A stretch of 64,000 nucleotides of DNA, from NCBI GenBank assembly GCA_963422735.1, contig OY730476.1, positions 1,248,001-1,312,000 on the forward strand, in the 5' to 3' direction. This stretch comes from Candidatus Latescibacterota bacterium (GTDB lineage: Bacteria; Latescibacterota; UBA2968; UBA8231). The position numbers were made by a program, and so were the translations under genes. Positions 54,361-63,758 of this stretch are shown in pieces. The first letter of the stretch is position 1. Every line of letters begins with the position of its first letter. Below the pieces are notes generated by a model, which saw nothing but the letters and a program-made list of their open reading frames with translations, had not been told where the DNA came from and searched no databases.

Positions 54361-55224
54361 CTAGATCCCGACGCCGAACCGTTCCTCAAAGTCCGCCCAT
54401 ATTTCAGCAGGCACTTCCTGAGTCGCCGCGTCGTAGGCGTCTTGGAGTTGGTCGCGGTCGGCTGGCCCGCTCATGACGATGCCGTCAATGGGCGCGTCGA
54501 GGCAGAACTGCATAGCCAAGTACTTGATGTCCACGTCCTGCTTTTGGCACCACTCCCACATGGCGTGAGCACGCGGTTCAGCGGCCCGGTCCGGCTCGAC
54601 GCCGGTCAAGCGACCCATGCCGAAGACGCTGGCTAAGATCAGGCCCGTGCCGTGCTTTTTGGCCAAGCGCATGGTAGTGCGAGCGACCGATTGGTCGAGG
54701 AGCGTGTAGTCGAGGAACGTGAGGACGATCTCGGCGTGGCCCGCTTCGATGGCGGCGCGATGGAACTCGTGTTCGCGGACCCCCAAACCAATGTGACGCA
54801 CCAATCTCTCTTCCTTCATTTTCTGCAGCTCGTCGAAGGCGCGACCGGGACCTAACGGGTCGGCAATATCGGGTGGATCATGCACGAGCACGGCATCGAG
54901 GTAATCAACGCGAAGCGATTGCAGGCTTTGTTCGACGCTCCAGCGCGTGGCCTCCGCCGAAAAGTCCTTGGGGCGCTCTGGGTGCGGGCCGACTTTGGCC
55001 TGCATGTAATAACTCGACCGCTCGACGCCGGCTAGCGCCTTGCCCCAGCGGTCCTCGTTGCGGCCGGCATAACTGTCGAAATAGTCGATGCCTAGATCGA
55101 GGGCGCGTTCGATAGTGGCGATGGTCTCGGCCTCGGCGACGTGGCTGACGAAGGCTGCGCCCATGCCGAGCGCCCGGGGCTGCATTCCAGTGCGCCCCAT
55201 CTTGCGGCGCGGTAGGTTGCTCAT
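54361..55224 (-). CDS. Aldo/keto reductase
   Basis: GRTG, GIDYFDS, K, SL..L.VDYLD...HDP, IGLG. Confidence 0.9.
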   Translation of the reverse strand: MSNLPRRKMGRTGMQPRALGMGAAFVSHVAEAETIATIERALDLGIDYFDSYAGRNEDRWGKALAGVERSSYYMQAKVGPHPERPKDFSAEATRWSVEQSLQSLRVDYLDAVLVHDPPDIADPLGPGRAFDELQKMKEERLVRHIGLGVREHEFHRAAIEAGHAEIVLTFLDYTLLDQSVARTTMRLAKKHGTGLILASVFGMGRLTGVEPDRAAEPRAHAMWEWCQKQDVDIKYLAMQFCLDAPIDGIVMSGPADRDQLQDAYDAATQEVPAEIWADFEERFGVGI

Positions 55225-55228
55225 GGAT

Positions 55229-55675
55229 TTAACTCCCTTTTATTTCGTATAACTCGATTTCAAAAATTAAGGTCGCGCAAGGCGGGATGCTGCCTACCTT
55301 GCCCTTTTTGCCGTAGGCCAGTTCCGGCGGGATCACTAGCCGCGCCTGGCCGCCGCCCTTCATCATCTGCAAGCCCTCGGTCCAGCCGGGGATGACCCTT
55401 TTGAGCGACAGCGTGCTTGGGCGACCCCGTTCGTACGAGCTGTCGAAGACCTTGCCGTCGGCAAACATGCCCTTGTAGTGGACGGTAACGCGGGCTTTAG
55501 GCCCTGGCTGGGGGCCATAGCCGGCCTTTAGCTCCTGATAAATGAGGCCGGATTCGGTGCGCACGGCCCTTTCTTTGGCGGCCTCGCCGTCGAGAAAGGC
55601 TTGGTCAACGGCTTCGGCGCAAGGGTCGGAGCAGGCGGCGAGTGCCAACAAGGTGAAGGGGAGTAGGGCGTTCAT
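55229..55675 (-). CDS. FKBP-type peptidyl-prolyl isomerase lipoprotein
   Basis: Lipobox LAAC; VHYKG..DG.VFDSSYERG, VIPGWTEGL, IPPELAYG, TLIFEIEL. Confidence 0.95.
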   Translation of the reverse strand: MNALLPFTLLALAACSDPCAEAVDQAFLDGEAAKERAVRTESGLIYQELKAGYGPQPGPKARVTVHYKGMFADGKVFDSSYERGRPSTLSLKRVIPGWTEGLQMMKGGGQARLVIPPELAYGKKGKVGSIPPCATLIFEIELYEIKGS

Positions 55676-55845
55676 GGCGTTATCTCGGGGCGTGAGGGTG
55701 GGCAGGCATACCTTCCATATTAGCGCACGCGGCCCGCTCGCTCAAGAGACGGCGCGGGAGCGGATATGGACAACGGAGAACTCCGCGCTTTATGTTACCG
55801 TCCGTTGCACGTAATAAGTCTCGCACGGAGGAAAGTACGGCTACT

Positions 55846-57615
55846 ATGGGAAAACGATCGAAGGCCATCCGGGCGGCGCGCGCAGGGCACTGGGCGTTCC
55901 TCTGCGGCGTAGTAATGATAGCCTGCAGCGGCGAACAAGCCACGGACGGTTTGCGGCAAGTGCCGCGCAACCGCACGCTGATCGTCGATTGCGCCGAGAA
56001 CAACACCTGCGGCGGCCAGATCCAAGACTACAACACCTTCAATCCCTTCGTGCCGGGCGGGATCTCGCGGATCGGCTATCAGTTCCTCTACGAGCCACTC
56101 TACTTCTTCAATGGCTACAAGGCCGACGCCGAACCGCGGCCGTGGATCGCCACCGGGCACCGGTTCAACGCGGACTACACCCAAGTCGCGGTGGATATAC
56201 GCCCGGGCGTGGAGTGGAGCGACGGGCGGCCGTGGACGGCGCACGACTTTGTTTTTACGGTCAATATGCTCAAAGAACACGCGCCGAACCTAGTATTCTC
56301 GACCGATATGGAAACTTGGGTTAAAGAGGCGGTGGCACTCGACAGCCTGACGGCGAAGATCGTCCTCAAGTCGCCTAACCCGCGCTTTCTCTTCAGTTAT
56401 TTCACCCACAACCACGGCAACGGAGTGCCGATCGTCCCCAAACACATCTGGGCGGGACAGGATCCCTTGCGTTTTGCCAATTACGACCTAGTCAGCGGTT
56501 GGCCGGTAGTCGCGGGGCCGTATCGCATTGCGCTGTCGGAACCAGCGCAGCGAATCTGGGATCTGCGCTCGGACTGGTGGGCGGCCAAGATCGGCTTCCA
56601 CGCGCTGCCGCAGGTCGAGCGGTTAATTTTTTTGCCCTATATGGAAGAGCACCAGCGGGTGCAAAACCTGCTCGCCAACAAGCTCGACACCTGTTTGGAA
56701 CTCCGACCGTCAAACATCATCACCCTGCTCGAACAACACGACAAAATGAGCACCTGGACGGGACGGGAGCCGCCCTATAGCTACATGACGCCGTGGGCGA
56801 TCGCGCTGGGTTTCAACAACATGGAAGCGCCTTTCGACGATCCCGAAATCCGGCGGGCGATTAACTTCGCCATCAACCGCGAACAACTAGTCGAGATCGG
56901 CTGGCAAAACTCGGGCGACTACGCGCTGTTGCCGCTGCCGGACGTGCCGCAGATGCAGCCCTACTTTGCGACGGCGGCGGATCTAGTGGCCCAATACGAA
57001 ATCGGAGTCCACGACACTGCGCGCACCGCGGCAATCATGTCGCGCAAGGGGTGGGTGCGAGGGCCGGATGGCTTCTGGACGAAGGACGGCGAGGTATTTT
57101 CGCTCGTCATCGATATCTTCGCGCATTTCCAAGACCTGACGCCGGTTTTAGTCGCCCAGCTCCAGGCGGCGGGATTCGACGCCTCGTTCCGCATGACTGC
57201 GGACTACATTGCGCGGATGGCCCAAGGCGAGGCGCACGCTTTTATGTTTGGCAACTTGAGCTCAATGCGCGATCCCTACCAAGTGTTGAGCCACTACCAC
57301 AGCCGTTTCGCCAGACCGACGGGCGAAACCGCCGAGCACTACTGGCGCTGGCAGAACGCCGAATTCGACGCGCTAGTAGACCGCATGGCGCAGACGCCCA
57401 ACGACGATCCCGCGATGATGGCGATTTACCGGCAGGCGATGGCGATCTGGCTTGCCGAGCTGCCGGCGATTCCGCTCGTGCAGTGGCCACATCGGATCCC
57501 GGTCAACGAGACGTACTGGACGGGGTGGCCTTCGGCGGAGGATCCTTATATGAACACTTCGTACTGGGCGCGGTCTTGGCTGTTGGTGTTGCTCAATTTA
57601 CGCCCGGTCGGATAA
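55846..57615 (+). CDS. ABC transporter substrate-binding lipoprotein, family 5
   Basis: Lipobox MIAC; LYEPL, WSDG.P.TA.D..FT, GPY, PFDDP.IRRAI..AINR. Confidence 0.92.
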   Translation: MGKRSKAIRAARAGHWAFLCGVVMIACSGEQATDGLRQVPRNRTLIVDCAENNTCGGQIQDYNTFNPFVPGGISRIGYQFLYEPLYFFNGYKADAEPRPWIATGHRFNADYTQVAVDIRPGVEWSDGRPWTAHDFVFTVNMLKEHAPNLVFSTDMETWVKEAVALDSLTAKIVLKSPNPRFLFSYFTHNHGNGVPIVPKHIWAGQDPLRFANYDLVSGWPVVAGPYRIALSEPAQRIWDLRSDWWAAKIGFHALPQVERLIFLPYMEEHQRVQNLLANKLDTCLELRPSNIITLLEQHDKMSTWTGREPPYSYMTPWAIALGFNNMEAPFDDPEIRRAINFAINREQLVEIGWQNSGDYALLPLPDVPQMQPYFATAADLVAQYEIGVHDTARTAAIMSRKGWVRGPDGFWTKDGEVFSLVIDIFAHFQDLTPVLVAQLQAAGFDASFRMTADYIARMAQGEAHAFMFGNLSSMRDPYQVLSHYHSRFARPTGETAEHYWRWQNAEFDALVDRMAQTPNDDPAMMAIYRQAMAIWLAELPAIPLVQWPHRIPVNETYWTGWPSAEDPYMNTSYWARSWLLVLLNLRPVG

Positions 57616-57616
57616 A

Positions 57617-59635
57617 GTGGCGTCCTCCATGTCCCCCACCCTGTTCGACCGCACCCTGTTGCCCAAGGCCCTAGGCGAATTCGTCGTCATCGCCGATACC
57701 CACTATGCGCTAGAAGGGAGCATTGGGATGGACGAATTCCCTTCCCGCGCCCAACAGAGCCGACGGGCGGGCGCGGCGTTGCGCTGGGTAGCCGCTTTGG
57801 AGCCAAACTTTGTCGTGCATATGGGCGACGTGATACAGGAGTACCCCGGGAGCTCGGGCTTTGTTCTGGCCTTAGACCAAGCCCTAGAGCAGATGGCCGC
57901 CTGTGGTGTGCAGCCGCGCTGGGTGGCGGGCAACCACGACGTGGGCGACAAACCTGACCCCACCATGCCCACCCATCCGGTCACGTCCGAAGGGTTAGAC
58001 GCATACCACCGGCGCTTTGGCCCGTCTTGGTACAGCTTTGACTATCGAGATATGCACTTGGTGGTGCTCAACAGCCAGATTCTGAACACCGGCCTGCCGG
58101 CAGAGGAAGAGCAAAAGATTTGGTTGGAAACCGACTTGGCCGCGCACGCGAGGATGCGCATCGCGGTGTTTTTGCACCTGCCGCCCTATCTACACAACCC
58201 CGCCGAGCCGCATCTGGGCCACTACGACAATATCGGCGAACCGGCCCGCACTTGGCTGCTAAAATTGTTGGCCGCCCACCAAGTGACTTGGCTCTTTGCA
58301 GCCCACGTGCATTTTGCCTTTTGCGAGCCAGCGGGGGCCTGGGACTATCGCACCGTTCCTTCCACTTCTTTTGTACGGCCCGGTTTTAGTCACTTGTTCA
58401 ACGGCGCACCGCCGCCCGAGCAGGGCCGCGACGACCAGCCCAAGTTAGGTTTTTACCTGTGTCGCCTGCGCCACAACCGACTCGACATCCACCTGATTCG
58501 CACTGCCGGGACCCAAGATTGTACACCAAGGCCGCGACGGCTGCTCACCCCGGCAACTGCCGACTTGGCTGGTGCCCCATTGGGACTGACCGCAACCCAC
58601 CCCCTTGGTTGGGAGGCGCAAGTCCCCACAACCTTTCCGTCAGTGGTGCGCCAGCCAGTGCGCAATGACTATCCCCTGCTGGCCTGTCTGGAGTTGGGCA
58701 CACAAGCCTTGCGCTGCCCTTGGACCGACTTGGACCAGTCCGGCGATCGCCTGCGCTTTTTGCGCAGCCAAGGCGTCCAAGTGCAGGCGACCATTCTCGA
58801 CGACGAGGACACTCCTTACGAATCCATTCTGGAAAGTCGCCGCGACCAAGTGGATGCTTGGGAGATCCAGACGCCGGGCGGGCCTTGGCCATCTTTGTCG
58901 TGTCTGTATTTGTTCAAAAGCTACCACCGCAATCTACGGCTGTCTTTGGCTCCGGTGATTCCCGACCAGCAGATAACTGGCAAGCAGCACCCCCGCACCC
59001 GGGTCGGCTACCGGCTCGACGAAGTGGCCCAACTCGACCAGCGCTTGCAGGACGCTGATACCTATATAGAAGCAGCCCTGTGCCGACTCGATGCAACGGC
59101 CCCTTGGGAAGATGCCTTGGCCTGGCGCGAGGTAGGCGCCCTGACCACGATGGGTCGGCTGGATTTGCTTTTTGAATTGCCGGGGCAAAGCGACCAAGAC
59201 GATGCAGTCCGGGCCGCAGAGGCACTCTTTGCAACTACGCTACTGCCGAGGGCGCGGCTCTTTGTCGAGCCTTTTATCGATCTGGACCGCACCATGGATG
59301 TGGGTCGAGGGCTTCTGGACCCCCTGTGCAACCCCCGACCCGTCTTTGGCGTCCTGCGCTACCTCAACGCGCTGCTGCAGCGCTTTCGCGTACCCTTTGC
59401 CGAGGCCACTAGTGTGGAAGGCGCGGGCGCGACAGCGCGGCTGATTCAGGGGCCGACCCGCACGTTGGCCCTGCTGTTGCCAGCGGTTGCAGGAGCTGCC
59501 GTACCATCCGCTTGGGAGGGTACGGGATTGGCGTGGCTCTATCGCCTAGCCGACGGGACGGTAGAAGAGATGGAGGTCGGGCGGCTGTCAGAGGTGGAGC
59601 TCGATCAGCCGATCTTGGTAATCGTCGAAAATTAG
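57617..59635 (+). CDS. Metallophosphoesterase with a long uncharacterised C-terminal region
   Basis: ADTH, GD, GNHD, H.P and AHVH motifs in the first ~290 aa. Confidence 0.85.
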   Translation: MASSMSPTLFDRTLLPKALGEFVVIADTHYALEGSIGMDEFPSRAQQSRRAGAALRWVAALEPNFVVHMGDVIQEYPGSSGFVLALDQALEQMAACGVQPRWVAGNHDVGDKPDPTMPTHPVTSEGLDAYHRRFGPSWYSFDYRDMHLVVLNSQILNTGLPAEEEQKIWLETDLAAHARMRIAVFLHLPPYLHNPAEPHLGHYDNIGEPARTWLLKLLAAHQVTWLFAAHVHFAFCEPAGAWDYRTVPSTSFVRPGFSHLFNGAPPPEQGRDDQPKLGFYLCRLRHNRLDIHLIRTAGTQDCTPRPRRLLTPATADLAGAPLGLTATHPLGWEAQVPTTFPSVVRQPVRNDYPLLACLELGTQALRCPWTDLDQSGDRLRFLRSQGVQVQATILDDEDTPYESILESRRDQVDAWEIQTPGGPWPSLSCLYLFKSYHRNLRLSLAPVIPDQQITGKQHPRTRVGYRLDEVAQLDQRLQDADTYIEAALCRLDATAPWEDALAWREVGALTTMGRLDLLFELPGQSDQDDAVRAAEALFATTLLPRARLFVEPFIDLDRTMDVGRGLLDPLCNPRPVFGVLRYLNALLQRFRVPFAEATSVEGAGATARLIQGPTRTLALLLPAVAGAAVPSAWEGTGLAWLYRLADGTVEEMEVGRLSEVELDQPILVIVEN

Positions 59636-60321
59636 TCTATGTGCTCGGTGCGGTCCGAATCGAGCAGCGCGCGCATTTCCTCAATATTGTCTAGCCCCAG
59701 CCGGACTCGGCGCGTGAGATTTTCCTCGGCCTCGCGCACCTTGGGCAAGGTTTCCACGACATGGTCGAACTGGTCGTGAGGAATGACCACCACCCCGTCG
59801 CGGTCGGCAACGACGATCTCGCCCGCATCGACGCAGGTGCCGCCCATGACCACTGGCATACCGGCGGTACCCGGTCCATTGCGCGTGCAGGAGTTGGGGG
59901 TGATGCCCATGCAGAAGGCGGGCAGGCCGACGGGCAGAATGCCGTCGATGTCGCGCATCAGACCATCGGTGACAAATCCGCTGATGCCTCGGTTGCGCCC
60001 CATGGCTATCATGATGTCACCGGCGACCGCGGTGCGGGTGAACGCATCCGTAGCGATGAAGATCGCGTCCCCCCGCTGCGCGATCTCAAGCGCGGCAAAA
60101 ACGGCGAGGTTGTCACCCGGCCCCGGATGACAGGTGACGATGGGCGCGACGAATTTGCAGTTGTTGGGGTCGAGCGGCTTGATGCGGTAGTCGAGTGCAC
60201 CGCGTCCGTTCATGCAATCGACGATAAAGCCGGTGGGAACATTGCGCAAGGCGCGCAAGACAGCTTCCGAAGGCCGCGTGAAATTGCGGCGAACAGTGAG
60301 TAGCGGAGGGTCTTTAATCAT
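59632..60321 (-). CDS. RraA/HMG aldolase family protein
   Basis: GDNLA, GD.M...G..G...DG..RD, VAD.DGVVV. Confidence 0.92.
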   Translation of the reverse strand: MIKDPPLLTVRRNFTRPSEAVLRALRNVPTGFIVDCMNGRGALDYRIKPLDPNNCKFVAPIVTCHPGPGDNLAVFAALEIAQRGDAIFIATDAFTRTAVAGDIMIAMGRNRGISGFVTDGLMRDIDGILPVGLPAFCMGITPNSCTRNGPGTAGMPVVMGGTCVDAGEIVVADRDGVVVIPHDQFDHVVETLPKVREAEENLTRRVRLGLDNIEEMRALLDSDRTEHID

Positions 60322-60443
60322 GTCGGCTCCAAAGGTGAACGAGGGCGGACTATTTTACAAGGGGCTAAGGGCGGTTGTCAAGCAGACAGGGAGCTAAGCC
60401 CCTTCCTTCTTTCTTGCGCTGCCATTGCATATTACAACTATAC

Positions 60444-60753
60444 TTGGAAAATCGCTGGAGATTTATCGAGATGCCCGAGGAAGGGAGCCGTTCACCGACT
60501 GGTATAGGCGCGTACTCAAGCACGCATTCGCAACCGACTTCGGCGCGTCGAAGCTGGGAATTTAGGTGACTGTAAGCCGGTAGGACGAGGCGTCGCCGAG
60601 TTCAGACTGGACCTTGGCCCGGGGTACCGGGTGTATTTTGCGGAGTTGGCAGACCGGCTTATTCTGCTTACGGCAGGCAATAAATCCACCCAGCAGCACG
60701 ATACTGAGCGAGCCCAAGTGCACTGGGCTGAGTATAAGAAGTCAGACCGGTGA
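60444..60753 (+). pseudogene. Addiction-module killer (RelE/HigB-like, HI1419 type) toxin, frameshifted
   Basis: EIYRDARGREPFTDWY / RIRNRLRRVEAGNLGDCKPVGRGVAEFRLDLGPGYRVYF...GNKSTQQ.D; frameshift near 60510. Start approximate. Confidence 0.82.
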
Positions 60754-61060
60754 GAAAATTAGAAGCCTTTAAGGAGTTCCGTTTTCAGGAGCTCAGCGAT
60801 CCTGTCAAGGCTAAAGCGTATATTGACGTGGCCTTAGAGGAATATCAAAACGACAACGACAACGGAGCACTTTTGCTGGCCTTATGAGATGTAGCAGAGG
60901 CGCAAGGGGACTGGGCCAACTGGCTGAGAAAACCGGCTTGAATCGGTCCAATATCTATCGAACCTTATCGGCGGGCAGCAATCCCCGTCTCCATACCTTA
61001 GCCGTCATCCTGCACAGTATGGGTCTGCGGCTGTCAGTAGATGTGGAAAGACGCCTTTGA
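60750..61060 (+). pseudogene. Addiction-module antidote (HTH antitoxin), disrupted
   Basis: GTG start overlaps the toxin stop; AYIDVALEE...LLAL*DVAEAQG / GLGQLAEKTGLNRSNIYRTLS..SNPRL.T; premature TGA at 60885 and frameshift near 60908. Confidence 0.82.
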
Positions 61061-61355
61061 CCGATCCAAGATTGGACCAGTAGATGGCACCTCCTTCCCT
61101 ATCGGTCCAGCACACCTTGCCTCCCAATACATCCAGAGCAATGTCGCCTGGATACCTCAGTTCTGGCTCGACGAGGCGTTCGGCACTGGAGCCGTCAAGG
61201 TTGGACCGAAAAATTCCATTCTCCAAATCCATCCAGTAGATCTTGCCCTCTGCAATCGGCGACTCAGCGTAGCTAATGCCCTGTACGCCAAGGGCCAACC
61301 ATACCGCTACTAAAATGGACGCGATGGCTTTTCGATTCGCAACCGAGTTTATCAT
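61005..61355 (-). pseudogene. Truncated secreted LDL-receptor class B (YWTD) repeat protein
   Basis: Signal peptide, KIYWMD..IFRSNLDGS, P.DIALD..GGKVCWTD..IYWSNL; only about 2 repeats before it runs into the antisense of the antitoxin. Confidence 0.65.
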
Positions 61356-61357
61356 GC

Positions 61358-62524
61358 TCAGCGCTCCACTGCGCGGCCCCAAGGCCCAGGGATGTAGGGG
61401 AAGCGCGTTTCGAGGTCGTCGGCTAGTTCTACACCCCAGCCGGACGCGCCGGGCAGCACGAGGTAGCCTTCGGTCGCGGGCGGGTCTTTGAGGATGCCCC
61501 ATTGCAACGGCCCTTGGCCAATGAACATTTCCAGCACGTGCTCTTCGGGGAGAGCGGCGAGGAAGTGGGCGTTGGCTATGGTCAACAGGCCGTTGTGCCA
61601 GTTCTGAGTGAAAAGCTCAATGCCGTACTCTTTGGCGCGGTGGTAGATGCGGATGGCATCGCCGAGGCTACAGACGCCGACATCGAGCTGGCCCTTGGCG
61701 TACGCTCTTTGCGCGAAGAACGACTCGAACTGGTCGAGCGTCGAGTTGGATTCGCCGCCGGTGATGGGCAGATGCAGTTCGGCATTGAGGCGGGCGTAGC
61801 CGTCGACTTGGTCCTTGGGCAGTGGTTCTTCAAACCAAGTCCATCCCGCTTCGTCGAGAAAGTGGCCAATCTCGCCGGCCTGCGCCTCGTCGAGGCGGCA
61901 GTTGCCCTCCAGCATCAGCTCCATGCGCTCGCCCACCACGTCGGTCACCTCCTGCAACAGGTCAATCATCTGCGCGACAGTGACGCCCGACCACGACCAC
62001 TGGGTGCCCAGCCGCATCTTATAGGCGGTAAAGCCCCGGTCGGCGAGGGTACGCGCTTCATCGACGACCGATGTGGGGCGGTTGTCCCAGTCGTATTGGA
62101 CACCGCCGGAAGCATAGAGGCGCAGGCGGGTGCGCGATTTGCGCTCGGGGGTATCCGGCGTGATGAGGGGGACGATGAGTTCGGAGACTGTTTTGTTTTG
62201 CGCCTTGGCGCGCAGATCCCACAACGCCAGTTCGAGACCAGCGTGGGCAATATGCATCGAGCGGTCGCCAGTGGGTTTGGGCGCGAGGTCCGGGTCGAGT
62301 GGGTCGCGGCTGATGAGACTGGTCTTGAGCGCGTCGAGCCGCTGGCGAATGAGCGGTGGATCGCCATAAGTGGAAGGTTCGGCAATGCCCTGCAAGCCGG
62401 CGTCCGTGTCGATGATGACGATGGGACAGTCGGCTTTTTCCACGTGGAAGGCGGCGCTGAACCACTGGCGGTCGGGTTCGTGGGGACGGGAGAGGCAGAG
62501 GGTGCGGATGTCGGTGATTTTCAT
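61358..62524 (-). CDS. Mandelate racemase/muconate-lactonising enzyme (enolase superfamily)
   Basis: MKITDI start, ALWDL.AK, YASGG, K.R, WFEEP, GGE, H.W. Confidence 0.92.
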   Translation of the reverse strand: MKITDIRTLCLSRPHEPDRQWFSAAFHVEKADCPIVIIDTDAGLQGIAEPSTYGDPPLIRQRLDALKTSLISRDPLDPDLAPKPTGDRSMHIAHAGLELALWDLRAKAQNKTVSELIVPLITPDTPERKSRTRLRLYASGGVQYDWDNRPTSVVDEARTLADRGFTAYKMRLGTQWSWSGVTVAQMIDLLQEVTDVVGERMELMLEGNCRLDEAQAGEIGHFLDEAGWTWFEEPLPKDQVDGYARLNAELHLPITGGESNSTLDQFESFFAQRAYAKGQLDVGVCSLGDAIRIYHRAKEYGIELFTQNWHNGLLTIANAHFLAALPEEHVLEMFIGQGPLQWGILKDPPATEGYLVLPGASGWGVELADDLETRFPYIPGPWGRAVER

Positions 62525-62532
62525 GGAGGCCC

Positions 62533-63567
62533 TCAGCGCGTATTGCGCACCCAGTCCAGTGAGAAGCCGGCCAGAGTCAGGCGCTCGTAGGGCTGCTCGG
62601 CACCGCATTCATAGAGACAGGCGGCGCGGCCGTCGGGCAAAGCAGCCAAACAGGAATACGCGGCCGGGCCGGAATACAAAACGCGGGCACTAGCCCACGT
62701 TTGACCATCGTCGTCGCTGAGCCGCACGGTCATGTTCCGGCGTCCCTCGGTGCTGGCGGGGTTGGAAAAGAGCAAGCTGGTCCCAACCCGGCGGATGCTG
62801 GCTTGGCAGATCGGCTCGACGAGGACGGGATCGCGCGCCAGCGGCGACCAACTCTGTCCGCCGTCGTGGCCAAAAGAAAAAGCGCGGGCGCGGATACTTG
62901 GGTCGTAGTTGCGCATATTGAGCAGCAAGCGGCCATCTTGCAACTCTACGACTTCACACTCGTTGACTTGGTCTTGCGGGGTCGAGCCGCCAAGTCGCCA
63001 GCTTTGGCCGCCATCGTCGCTGAGCAGGACGTGCGAGTAGTATTTCTTAGTGCCCGCTTCGATGTGATCGCAGGGGATGACGAGCCGGCCGGTGCTTAGC
63101 TCGATGCCAGCGCCTGGGCCGGTGGCGTACCAAGTCCAGTTGGGTTGCTTAGCGTCGGATGTGATCTCCACGGGAGGAGACCACGTGCGTCCGTCGTCCT
63201 CACTGCGCGTCAGCCACACGGTGCGGGTGCCCTCGCTCGTTTGGTCGATGATCTCGGGCTCGTGGTCGCCGCCGAGATTGTGGGTCATCAGTAGGGAAAT
63301 CGCACCCGTGCGGGCATCGACCACCGGGCAGGGGTTGCCGCAGGTATTCGAGCCATCGTCCCACACTAGCTCGAAGGGAGCAAACGTCTGGCCGCCGTCG
63401 TCGCTGCGCCGCAGCAGCATGTCGATGTCGCCGGTGTCGCCGCGAGCGTTTTTGCGGCCCTCGCAAAAGGCGAGTACCGCGCCTGTTGGTGTAGTAATCA
63501 GGGATGGGATGCGGAAGGTGTGGTAGCCTTGGGTCCCGCTCTCAAAGAGGTCAATGGAATCGATCAC
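62533..63567 (-). CDS. Exo-alpha-sialidase family protein (GH33-like)
   Basis: FRIP motif; several Asp-boxes S.D.G.TW; AYS; LYE. Confidence 0.93.
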   Translation of the reverse strand: MIDSIDLFESGTQGYHTFRIPSLITTPTGAVLAFCEGRKNARGDTGDIDMLLRRSDDGGQTFAPFELVWDDGSNTCGNPCPVVDARTGAISLLMTHNLGGDHEPEIIDQTSEGTRTVWLTRSEDDGRTWSPPVEITSDAKQPNWTWYATGPGAGIELSTGRLVIPCDHIEAGTKKYYSHVLLSDDGGQSWRLGGSTPQDQVNECEVVELQDGRLLLNMRNYDPSIRARAFSFGHDGGQSWSPLARDPVLVEPICQASIRRVGTSLLFSNPASTEGRRNMTVRLSDDDGQTWASARVLYSGPAAYSCLAALPDGRAACLYECGAEQPYERLTLAGFSLDWVRNTR

Positions 63568-63578
63568 GTCGTTGGCTC

Positions 63579-63758
63579 CTATACCATAGGCTCAAGTCTT
63601 TTGGCCGCTGGGTTGACGCCCATGAACACGCCTTCAAGGACCAGAGCACCTAGCAACGGCGCGGTTACAGACGCCCCTGTATCCACTAGCGCGTCCAAGT
63701 CAATCCAGTGTGCCCGCTGCGGGTCGCCGATGCAGATCGGTACGTTGAACATTCCCAT
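63579..63758 (-). pseudogene. Clan AA (retropepsin-like) aspartic protease with an internal deletion
   Basis: 59-aa ORF MGMFNV...ALVDTGASVT|APLLGALVLE...NP...L.P. The DTG and PLLG motifs abut, so the middle region appears to be missing. Confidence 0.65.

Noticed and set aside
61502-62590. 362-aa plus-strand ORF
   Set aside because: Antisense shadow of the enolase-superfamily gene.
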